Of a DNA stretch of 36,960 nucleotides, positions 18,239 through 26,163 are shown one piece after another. Location: NCBI GenBank assembly GCA_012513575.1, contig JAAZBX010000015.1, forward strand, positions 1-36,960. The letters run 5' to 3'. Within the stretch, counting starts at the first letter, position 1. Each line of letters begins with the position of its first letter. A program made the position numbers and the translations under genes. Below the pieces are notes generated by a model. The model searched no databases. It saw only the letters and a program-made list of their open reading frames with translations, and was not told where the DNA came from. This stretch comes from Candidatus Dojkabacteria bacterium. GTDB lineage: Bacteria > Patescibacteriota > Dojkabacteria > SC72.

Positions 18239-21200
18239 TTACTTCAATTGAGTACGTTTGATTGAAATAATTTTTTCAATATCTAATGTGGGCCTTGATT
18301 TCTGTCCATCAATACTTGTAACGTCTCCCTCGTTTATGAAAGGCCCTCTATATATTAACTTTGCAGGTGGCATAGGTGTTAAGCGCATAATAGGTTGTAC
18401 CCTTAAGGATACTGTGTCTCCAATTCTAACTTTATCAAAAGAAATTAATTTCTTAAATAATCTCATTACTCTTCTATTTCCTCTTCTATCTTCAACAGTG
18501 ATAGTTTGGTAAGACTCTCCATCAACTTTTTTGCCTCTTGATTTTCCAACGACCTTAAGTTCTTCAAACTCTAAGAGAAGTTTTGGAAAATCTGTACCAT
18601 ATGGATTAGTTTGTTGAGAGATGTGGGTGGAAATAATGTCAGCTACTGCAAACGGATTTAGATAATTGAAGGATTTGATAAGTTCAGGAGAAGATTTTTT
18701 TAATTCATTTTTTAACTCTTTTATTGTAGTTTCAATTTTTACAACCCCTGCATCAGGGTTAATTGGTTTATACTTCTCAAATAATGGGTCCAAAACATTA
18801 TGTAATTGTTCAATACCACCCTGAACTTGCCAAGTTCCCCCCGAGGCTAGTGGATGACCACCATGTGCAATTATTTTTATTCCAGGTTGAGGATTCTTTT
18901 CTAAGTACAATTGAATCATGTCTGTAGATACATTCCCTCTAGCAGGAAGCCTAAATGATACACTGTAAGTCTTTGAGTCATTCTCCTTACTCTCTCCCTC
19001 TGCAACTATAACCATTGTAGGCTTCTCATATCTTTCCGATATATTTCCAGCAATTAGTCCCCTTTGTCCCTGTAGTGCATCAATATACTCTAGACCTTTT
19101 TGCTCTATGATTATTAAAGGCCTTTCTCTTTCATCTTCGTGTGTATCTAGGTATTTATAGTGTTCTGCAAGAAGTTCCTCTCTTCTTTGTATAGCCTTGT
19201 CTTGCGCATAAGGAAGAGTGTGGCGGTGTCTTCTAATTTTGTTTGTCTCAGATTTTTTAATAAATACATCACTAATTTCGGGTAATACGCTGTCAGCTCT
19301 TAGAGCTTCTTCTGGTTTTGCTCTTCTGTAGATAGCGTTAGTTGAAGCCGCCATAATATGAGAAAAGAATCTAGAATTATAATAGTTTACGGCTGTGAAA
19401 TTTGTTTCTCGAAGTGCAATTCGGATGAACCTTAGACTTTCAGGTAATATCCTTTTAAATTGTCTCTCTCTCCATGTATTTGAAGGCTCTTTTTGGTATT
19501 GTTTTGATAGATCTGTGAGTTCCCTCATGGCGTCCTTTACAATATATCTATTTTCCATACCAATCCCAATTCCAATGGAACCACCATCACCTATTGTTGC
19601 TGTAGCCTCCAAAAGTTTTAATTGCTGAAGTCCGAATGGTCCATGTTTCAAGTACGATTTTAGAGCAAAGCTTTCATTTACAGTTAATTCTTTGCTGTCT
19701 TCCATTGATGAATAGCATAAATTCCAAATTTCGTTCCCAAGTTTTCTTGCTTTCTCTCTTCTTTTCTTGTTGTATTTTTTTGAATTTGGAATAAGCCTGT
19801 CATCTTCAAACAAAGGGGGTTGAAATGCTCCTTGGTTTATACTTGAAGGAGTAGAGAGATGAGCTTCTATAATATTAAAAAGTTCTTTTTTTACATCTCT
19901 AACATGTTTACCAAGTGTAATCCAAGAGTGAATCGCATCAGAGAGAGGTGTTTCTCCTTTATTTGCAATTCTCGAAGAAACCAAATCCTCGTCAATATAT
20001 TCAGCCAATTTGATAATTTTTTCTCTTGCCCATATCTCTTTTGATTTGGTGTCCATCTCAAAAAAAGATTTTGGCATATTTCCACTTTGTTCCAAAACAA
20101 ATCTTTGTTCCTCTAAACTTAATGAATCAAAATCCTTGTCAAGGTATTTTTTTAGCAATTTCTCTCGTTTTTCTTTTGATTGGAGAAGATACTCCTTGCT
20201 TCTGGCTTTAACTATTGGTTCATCACTAAAAAGGTTCATCACCCTTCTAATTACCTTTCCTGTGGTTACAGTACCTACTAAGTCTGATTCAGGGTAGCAT
20301 CTATATTTTCTTTGAGTCCTATCAATTTTTTCGTGATCCACAACACCGTTTTCATCAGGTGTTAAGGCTTCCTGCATCTCGTTGATAAAGTCAATTTCTT
20401 TCCACCATTTCATTACCCATTGTGGATTTACCATTATATCTTGAGAATGTTCAAGAAAATATTCAATCGATTTAATTGAAGGTGTGTGATGGTCACAAAC
20501 GATTAACCTTACATCATTTTTAAAACCATTTACAAACATCCTTAGTGGTTCGTAGGAGCCTAATGTAGATGTACTTTCGATATTGTTAACAGGATTTACA
20601 AATGTGAATTTTCTAGAAAATAAGCCTTCCTTATTGAAAGTATCCCAAGGATTATTTGTAATAAAAAGTTGTAATCTCCTTTTAATCGATTTTTTTTGTT
20701 CTTCGGGAAATTTTGCAAACCCATTTATTCTTTCAATATTATCTAAGAAATATTGAAGATCCGAAATCTTGTTTGTACCAGAATGGAATGTTTGAAAAGC
20801 TTTGCAATCTTCATCGCTTGAACCTGTATCACAAATTATTATTAATTTATTACCTGCAACACCAAGATTAATTAAATCCGTTAACTGTACAGAATGGCCT
20901 TCAATTCTAGTATTAAATTTTTGGTCAACTTTCGGGACACCTATTTTTTCTAGAGCCCACCTCATGTTGTTAGTAGCATTAAATCCATCTTGGTCACAAT
21001 CTGCGATAGTGGCGATTTTTTCACCCTTAATAATTGCACCATAAATTATTTCAGCGGCTTCTTCTACATTTTGAAGTGCACTCGGAGGTTGAAGATTCTT
21101 TTCAGTTGGAAACATTAACTCATTAAAATGCTCTTTTGACGAGATACCTAGGGATTCATAATATTTGGAGAGAATTAAATTTGCAGAATATCCTTCAATT

Positions 21201-22906
21201 ACATTTAAATCCCTTGTAGGACCGTATATTTCGTATGACAATTTCAAATCCGGGTCTTTAAGTTTATCAAAATCAAGAGCTTCCCTTTTGGGAACTTGGG
21301 GTCTTTGAAGAATTCCGTTAAAACAAGGAGTTTCTAGAACATCTGCAAGCTTTCTTATTTCTGTACCTTTTTCGTTATAAGGACTAATGGTTACATCCTT
21401 CAATGTATCCAAATCGAGTCTAAACTTCCATTCGGGTCTAACACACCCAAGTTTACGTGGAGTGACAATATTAATTAATATTGACTCGTCTAATTGTTCT
21501 TGCAAGGCCAATATCGCATTGTATTCATCTTCAGAGAGATTATCTAGGTAGAGTGGACTTGTATTATTTTCTAACCTAGTGATTAAGCCGTTAATTAAAT
21601 TAACATACGAAAGGTTAAGACCTTTTTTGTGAGTTCTTTGTAGATCGGAAAGGTATTTATTAAGTTTATTTATCGAAGTATCTCTTTCAATTAAGTCGGC
21701 GATAAAGGACAAATTACTTATTGATTCTTTTTCTTCTTTGGTTAGTTCGTCTTGTGGGGTACTTCCTCTTCCTGTTACAATTCTTTCAGAAATATTCTTT
21801 ATATTCTGTAAATCTTCCTCGGAAAGAAGTGAAATCCAAGAAACATCTATAGCTTTTGCTTTATCAATAATAGACAATGCTTCTTTGGATACTTCTCTTC
21901 GATATTCTAAGATATATTTGTTGGAGAGATTAGAGTAGAGTGCTGGTGCATGTCTTATTAATTCTGCAGAGGGAGTGTTTGCCTGATAAGAAAAATATGC
22001 AAGTCTAATAAGTTCATTTAATTCTTCTTGCGAGACAACATTTTGATCTTCGCTAAGATTATCATTTTCTATTCTCTTCTTTTTTTCTTCAATTAGTATT
22101 TGGAGAACATCCGCAGCATCAACAGCTACCTGTGTGTGCTCAAACCAGTGACTAGCAATGGACATGGGTATTTGAGACAAGCCACCTTGGGAAGCGGGTA
22201 TTTTATGTTGATCATTCTCATTTAGGTATGTAGCTTCACTATCATTTAAAGCAACAATTCTTTCACCTTGAATAATTGCTTCCTCAGGTTCAATTCCAAG
22301 TTTTTTTGCCATTATCTCAGCAGTAATTCTTTCAATATCACCATCATCTAATCGTCTTCCCCCAACCCATTTGCTTTCATCAATCCATCTCTCACCCGTA
22401 ACAAATTGTAAAACCTTTCCTAGGTTCGCAAGTTGATTCATTGTTGGGATTCCAGAAGTAAATAGCAATTTATGAACAGCAAATTCCAATGCTTTATCAT
22501 ATGAACTCCTATTTAATCCTTCTGTTCTACTTTCTCTTTGGTTGTATGGAACAATTTTTCCTAATACTACAGGAGGATCAAAGAGTAAATCTTTTTTTAA
22601 TGTTCGTTCTCTTTCTTTTATTTTCTTCTCAGACCAATATTTGCTTACATCCTTTTGAGTAAATAGATATCGATTCTCTGTAACTAGCTCTTGTGTTGTT
22701 TTTAGTACATCACGGTAATTTCTTCCTGTAGGAGAAACAAAACCATCAAAGATCTCATTTTTTAAAGAAATTATATTTGAGATTTCTTCTTTCTCTTCAT
22801 CAGTAGTATCTCGGACAAAAAAATTACTATACCTTGGTGACAAACTTTCTTTAATATCTAGTGCTGGATCTATTGTGTAATTCTCTACATCTGAAGTTTT
22901 ATTCAT
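18239..22906 (-). CDS. Giant RecJ-like DHH/DHHA1 phosphoesterase with long N-terminal extension and large insertions
   Basis: EKIATIADCDQDG (motif I), ICDTG (II), VCDHH (III), ATIGD (IV), GLIAGNISERYEKP, HGGHPLASG (DHHA1), PYGTDFP and an OB-like C-terminus; 1555 aa. Confidence 0.85.
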   Translation of the reverse strand: MNKTSDVENYTIDPALDIKESLSPRYSNFFVRDTTDEEKEEISNIISLKNEIFDGFVSPTGRNYRDVLKTTQELVTENRYLFTQKDVSKYWSEKKIKERERTLKKDLLFDPPVVLGKIVPYNQRESRTEGLNRSSYDKALEFAVHKLLFTSGIPTMNQLANLGKVLQFVTGERWIDESKWVGGRRLDDGDIERITAEIMAKKLGIEPEEAIIQGERIVALNDSEATYLNENDQHKIPASQGGLSQIPMSIASHWFEHTQVAVDAADVLQILIEEKKKRIENDNLSEDQNVVSQEELNELIRLAYFSYQANTPSAELIRHAPALYSNLSNKYILEYRREVSKEALSIIDKAKAIDVSWISLLSEEDLQNIKNISERIVTGRGSTPQDELTKEEKESISNLSFIADLIERDTSINKLNKYLSDLQRTHKKGLNLSYVNLINGLITRLENNTSPLYLDNLSEDEYNAILALQEQLDESILINIVTPRKLGCVRPEWKFRLDLDTLKDVTISPYNEKGTEIRKLADVLETPCFNGILQRPQVPKREALDFDKLKDPDLKLSYEIYGPTRDLNVIEGYSANLILSKYYESLGISSKEHFNELMFPTEKNLQPPSALQNVEEAAEIIYGAIIKGEKIATIADCDQDGFNATNNMRWALEKIGVPKVDQKFNTRIEGHSVQLTDLINLGVAGNKLIIICDTGSSDEDCKAFQTFHSGTNKISDLQYFLDNIERINGFAKFPEEQKKSIKRRLQLFITNNPWDTFNKEGLFSRKFTFVNPVNNIESTSTLGSYEPLRMFVNGFKNDVRLIVCDHHTPSIKSIEYFLEHSQDIMVNPQWVMKWWKEIDFINEMQEALTPDENGVVDHEKIDRTQRKYRCYPESDLVGTVTTGKVIRRVMNLFSDEPIVKARSKEYLLQSKEKREKLLKKYLDKDFDSLSLEEQRFVLEQSGNMPKSFFEMDTKSKEIWAREKIIKLAEYIDEDLVSSRIANKGETPLSDAIHSWITLGKHVRDVKKELFNIIEAHLSTPSSINQGAFQPPLFEDDRLIPNSKKYNKKRREKARKLGNEIWNLCYSSMEDSKELTVNESFALKSYLKHGPFGLQQLKLLEATATIGDGGSIGIGIGMENRYIVKDAMRELTDLSKQYQKEPSNTWRERQFKRILPESLRFIRIALRETNFTAVNYYNSRFFSHIMAASTNAIYRRAKPEEALRADSVLPEISDVFIKKSETNKIRRHRHTLPYAQDKAIQRREELLAEHYKYLDTHEDERERPLIIIEQKGLEYIDALQGQRGLIAGNISERYEKPTMVIVAEGESKENDSKTYSVSFRLPARGNVSTDMIQLYLEKNPQPGIKIIAHGGHPLASGGTWQVQGGIEQLHNVLDPLFEKYKPINPDAGVVKIETTIKELKNELKKSSPELIKSFNYLNPFAVADIISTHISQQTNPYGTDFPKLLLEFEELKVVGKSRGKKVDGESYQTITVEDRRGNRRVMRLFKKLISFDKVRIGDTVSLRVQPIMRLTPMPPAKLIYRGPFINEGDVTSIDGQKSRPTLDIEKIISIKRTQLK

Positions 22907-22924
22907 TACTTTGTACTATAAAAT

Positions 22925-22950
22925 AAAAAAAGGGACTTGATAAAAGCCCT
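22925..22950 (-). terminator. Intrinsic terminator-like hairpin just upstream of the RecJ-like start
   Basis: Minus strand AGGG-CTT-TTATC-AAG-T-CCCT followed by TTTTTT. Confidence 0.55.
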
Positions 22951-23066
22951 ATAAGATTTAATAAGTTGAAATTTTTTAATCTTGTTCAATTCCTGCACTT
23001 TGTGTATAAAGGTTGTTAAATCAAGACTTTTGAGATTTGTGATCTATATAAACCCCAACTAGTTTT

Positions 23067-23095
23067 AGTGTACCCTTTTGGATATATAGTGTCAA
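23067..23095 (-). promoter_or_regulatory. Sigma70-type promoter
   Basis: TTGACA-17 nt-TACACT on the minus strand; predicted transcription start near 23060. Confidence 0.7.
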
Positions 23096-23113
23096 GAAAA
23101 TTGTAAATTTTTT

Positions 23114-24004
23114 TTATTGAGTATAAATAACATCAATACAAGGCGGAATTCCGAGCCTAAATGGCAACCCAGTATTGCCGATTCCTGACGAAACATATAC
23201 TTTCCCTCTCGGCGTATTGTAAAGACCCTGATTAAAACCGTATTTACTTGGAATGAACCATTTATATATTAAAGGGATTCTAATTTGACCTCCATGTGTA
23301 TGTCCAGAGAGTGTTAATTGGGGGATTGATTTGTCATATTTGTAAACCGTATCTGGTGAATGTGCAATTACAACGAGATTATCATCTTTAGAAAATTGGC
23401 TGATTTTAGAAACATCTGCATCCCCAGCCCAGAGGTCTCCAAGTCCAACTATGTACAGATTGAGTTCTTCAATATATTCCGAATTGTTTTTAAGAAAATA
23501 AAAATTAAAGTCAGAGACAATTGCTTTTATCTCTTCTTCATAATTGTTTCTATTTCTTTCACTGTCATGGTTCCCTAGAACAAGATAGACAGGATATTTT
23601 AGATTTTTAAGTGGAGAGAGAAGTGTTCGCAAATCTCCCTTGGGGTGATAGACAATATCTCCAGCAATGACTACAAAATCAACATTATCAATGCTATTTA
23701 TTTCTTCTATAACCTTTACAAGCATTTTAGTAGAAGAAAAGGCTCCAACATGAAGGTCTGATATTAATACAATTTTTGATTTAAAACCTGTTTCAATATT
23801 CGTTTCTTTTTGAATGACAGTATTAGGCTCAAGGAATCGAGAGTAAATTAATAAAAGAGAAAAAAGGATAAGAAATATTTGGAATAAAACGGATTTCCAT
23901 TTGTTAACAAAAAGCACGCTTTTAATTTTTAGATAAATAGCAAGGAGAAGAGGTAAGAAGGGGATTAAAATACTAATGTAGTTAAGCAGATAATATAAAT
24001 TCAT
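23114..24004 (-). CDS. Membrane-anchored calcineurin-like metallophosphoesterase (YkuE/YaeI-like)
   Basis: SDLH, AGDI, GNHD, AHSPD, SGHTHGGQI, VSSGIG; two N-terminal TM helices. Confidence 0.93.
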   Translation of the reverse strand: MNLYYLLNYISILIPFLPLLLAIYLKIKSVLFVNKWKSVLFQIFLILFSLLLIYSRFLEPNTVIQKETNIETGFKSKIVLISDLHVGAFSSTKMLVKVIEEINSIDNVDFVVIAGDIVYHPKGDLRTLLSPLKNLKYPVYLVLGNHDSERNRNNYEEEIKAIVSDFNFYFLKNNSEYIEELNLYIVGLGDLWAGDADVSKISQFSKDDNLVVIAHSPDTVYKYDKSIPQLTLSGHTHGGQIRIPLIYKWFIPSKYGFNQGLYNTPRGKVYVSSGIGNTGLPFRLGIPPCIDVIYTQ

Positions 24005-24051
24005 GGGTCAGTTAATAAAATATGAACAAATTATAACATTCAAGAGGAAAG

Positions 24052-24125
24052 TCGGGGAGACAGGACTTGAACCTGCGACCTCTGCGTCCCAAACGCAGCG
24101 TTCTAGCCATCTGAACTACTCCCCG
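24052..24125 (-). tRNA. tRNA-Pro (anticodon TGG)
   Basis: Reverse complement: CGGGGAG acceptor, D-arm GTTC/GAAC, anticodon arm CTGCG-TTTGGGA-CGCAG, T-loop TTCAAGT, CTCCCCG-A; CCA not encoded. Confidence 0.96.
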
Positions 24126-24150
24126 AATCAGAGTAATTCTATCATATCAG

Positions 24151-24179
24151 AAAGAAAAAGGGGAGTAAGTACTCCCCTT
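24151..24179 (-). terminator. Intrinsic terminator of the 24202-24540 gene
   Basis: AAGGGGAGT-ACTT-ACTCCCCTT followed by TTTCTTT on the minus strand. Confidence 0.8.
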
Positions 24180-24201
24180 AAACATAACCAAAGGTTAAAA
24201 A

Positions 24202-24540
24202 CTAGTTAAACCAACCCATAACCTTTAATGCCAAATCAGAGATCAATGGAATATCAAATCTTTCTCCTTGGGAAGATTTAACTATTCCTACAATGATAAG
24301 AATCAATGTTACTGGGGCAATTAGCCAACCAATCAATGGAACCCAGGCGATCATTTCGAGTAATCCTAAAATAGAAGACTGTGCACCATTGTATTTAACA
24401 AAATTGTCATCTTTCTCTACTAGAAGAAGAATAAATCCAACAATAGGAATCCAGGCGAGAATTGCAGTAGCCTTGTTTACCTCATTGTACTTAATCTCGT
24501 TCAAGGAATAGACCTTTTTTGCAGCCTTAGTTTCTGCCAT
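24202..24540 (-). CDS. Small membrane protein, DUF4870/Tic20-like
   Basis: AILAWIPIVGFILLLVEKDDNFVKYNGAQS..GERFDIPLI pattern; three TM segments. Confidence 0.8.
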   Translation of the reverse strand: MAETKAAKKVYSLNEIKYNEVNKATAILAWIPIVGFILLLVEKDDNFVKYNGAQSSILGLLEMIAWVPLIGWLIAPVTLILIIVGIVKSSQGERFDIPLISDLALKVMGWFN

Positions 24541-24616
24541 TTTAAAAGAAAATTTAATTTAACAACATAAGTATATTATTTAAAAATTTGGAACGCAATA
24601 GCAACACTATAAGAAC

Positions 24617-24650
24617 TTGAAGGTATACAATGGGGTGGTATACTGGTATA
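24617..24650 (+). promoter_or_regulatory. lexA promoter with overlapping candidate operator
   Basis: TTGAAG-16 nt-TATACT with extended TG; GTATAC-N9-GTATAC (24623-24643) covers the spacer and -10. Confidence 0.5.
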
Positions 24651-24672
24651 TATAATTTAATTTCATATATAA

Positions 24673-25323
24673 ATGGATATTAGATTAACAGCTAAACAGG
24701 AAGAGGTATTAAGGATTATAAGGAACTTTTATTTAGAAAAAGGTTTTGCCCCATCTCTTAATGAGTTAAAGGATGTTCTTGGAATTTCTACTAAAAGAGG
24801 TGTAGTAATACATCTGATTGCCCTTGAGAAGAAAGGTTATATTTTTAGAACTGGACAGGCTAGAGGTATCCATTTGGTTGGAAATGATGAAGAAATAGCT
24901 TACGATTATCTTGTTGGAGTTCCGATATTAGGATATGCAAATGCAGGAACTCCTTTAGTTGCAGCGCAGGAGGAAAATATTGGGATATTAAAGATAGATA
25001 AAAATATTCTGAGGCAAAAAACAAATATTTTTAGTCTAATTATTAAAGGAGATTCTATGAATCAAGCAGTAATTGGGGGAGAAAAACTTCAAGATGGAAA
25101 ATATATTATAGTTCAAAAGGATTCAGAGATAGAAGATGGGGATATTGTTGTTGCAATTATTGATAATTGTGCCACTGTAAAAAGATTTAAAAAGGGTAAA
25201 AATATGGTTATTCTTTATCCCGATTCCGACAATCCACTTTTTCAACCTATTTATTTGGATAGTAACAGTGATTCTTTGATTAATGGGAAGGTAATTCAAA
25301 TATTGGAAAACCCAACTATCTAA
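24673..25323 (+). CDS. lexA: SOS repressor LexA
   Basis: LTAKQ..GFAPSLNEL..HLIALEKKGYI..ARGI winged helix; Ala-Gly cleavage site (ANAG), GDSM (Ser) and TVKR (Lys). Confidence 0.95.
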   Translation: MDIRLTAKQEEVLRIIRNFYLEKGFAPSLNELKDVLGISTKRGVVIHLIALEKKGYIFRTGQARGIHLVGNDEEIAYDYLVGVPILGYANAGTPLVAAQEENIGILKIDKNILRQKTNIFSLIIKGDSMNQAVIGGEKLQDGKYIIVQKDSEIEDGDIVVAIIDNCATVKRFKKGKNMVILYPDSDNPLFQPIYLDSNSDSLINGKVIQILENPTI

Positions 25324-26011
25324 CTTGTGAATTTTTAACAAATTTTCTAGCACCCAGAAGAATTTTATTTAACTCATTATCATTGAAAGAGTTAGAAACT
25401 GATAGAGTTGGATTGAGTGTTTTACCAGGGCGAAAATTTTGTATGTAATATTTTTTACTACCTCTAATTAGTTTTGCAATACTTTCCGAGTCTTTAATTT
25501 TATGGATTCCTTTAACATAGGTTGTTCTGAATTCATAATCAACTCCTGAATTCATTATTATTTCAATAGACTTAATTACCTTATCTAAGCTATTTTTATC
25601 TGCAGTTCTTTTGGGGTATTCCTTCTCGGGATATTTTATATCCATAGCTATATAATCTAGTAGATGTAAATCTATTAATCTTTGTAGTTTTTCTGGGAAA
25701 AAACCGTTTGTATCTAGTTTGACAAGAAGGTCTAATTCTCTAATCTTACTAATCAAAACAGCAATATCATCATATATTAAGGGCTCTCCCCCTGTAATAA
25801 CAACAGCATCAATCTTTCCCTTTCTTTGCTTTAAATAGCTTAGGATATCATCAATATTTATCTGGAGTTCTTTATTCAATTCTTTTACTACCAATTCTGG
25901 ATTGTGGCAATACTCACATCTTAAATTACAGCCGTAAGTAAAAATAATTGTTGATATTTTCCCAGGATAATCAAGAAGAGAAACCTTTTCTAACCCTCCA
26001 ATCTGTATCAT
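25316..26011 (-). CDS. nrdG: Anaerobic ribonucleotide reductase activating enzyme (radical SAM)
   Basis: SLLDYPG, GCNLRCEYCHN (CxxxCxxC), VITGGEP, KLDTNG, AMDIK, YEFRTT. Confidence 0.95.
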   Translation of the reverse strand: MIQIGGLEKVSLLDYPGKISTIIFTYGCNLRCEYCHNPELVVKELNKELQINIDDILSYLKQRKGKIDAVVITGGEPLIYDDIAVLISKIRELDLLVKLDTNGFFPEKLQRLIDLHLLDYIAMDIKYPEKEYPKRTADKNSLDKVIKSIEIIMNSGVDYEFRTTYVKGIHKIKDSESIAKLIRGSKKYYIQNFRPGKTLNPTLSVSNSFNDNELNKILLGARKFVKNSQVR

Positions 26012-26145
26012 TAAAGAGTCTTCATTTTAAACATTTTTCTATCAGACCATTCGGCTTGTTTCCCAATATTCCATTGAGAAATTGGACGAATATATCCAAC
26101 CACTCTTGAATAAACCTCACATCTTTGCCTTGTTACTTTTTTCAT
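26011..26145 (-). CDS. Stand-alone 44-aa glycyl-radical domain of class III ribonucleotide reductase
   Basis: Manual translation: MKKVTRQRCEVYSRVVGYIRPISQWNIGKQAEWSDRKMFKMKTL. YSRVVGY is the NrdD glycyl-radical motif; its stop overlaps the nrdG start (TAATG). Below the ORF-track size cutoff. Confidence 0.9.
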   Translation of the reverse strand: MKKVTRQRCEVYSRVVGYIRPISQWNIGKQAEWSDRKMFKMKTL

Positions 26146-26163
26146 TTTTGTTTTGTTATTAAA

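Noticed and set aside
18239-22906. Inteins as the cause of the RecJ-like insertions
   Set aside because: No C/S...HN-C/S/T splice junctions or LAGLIDADG motifs seen.
24003-24209. 68-aa plus-strand ORF
   Set aside because: Shadow of tRNA-Pro (VGETGLEPATS is the typical antisense-tRNA translation) and a terminator.
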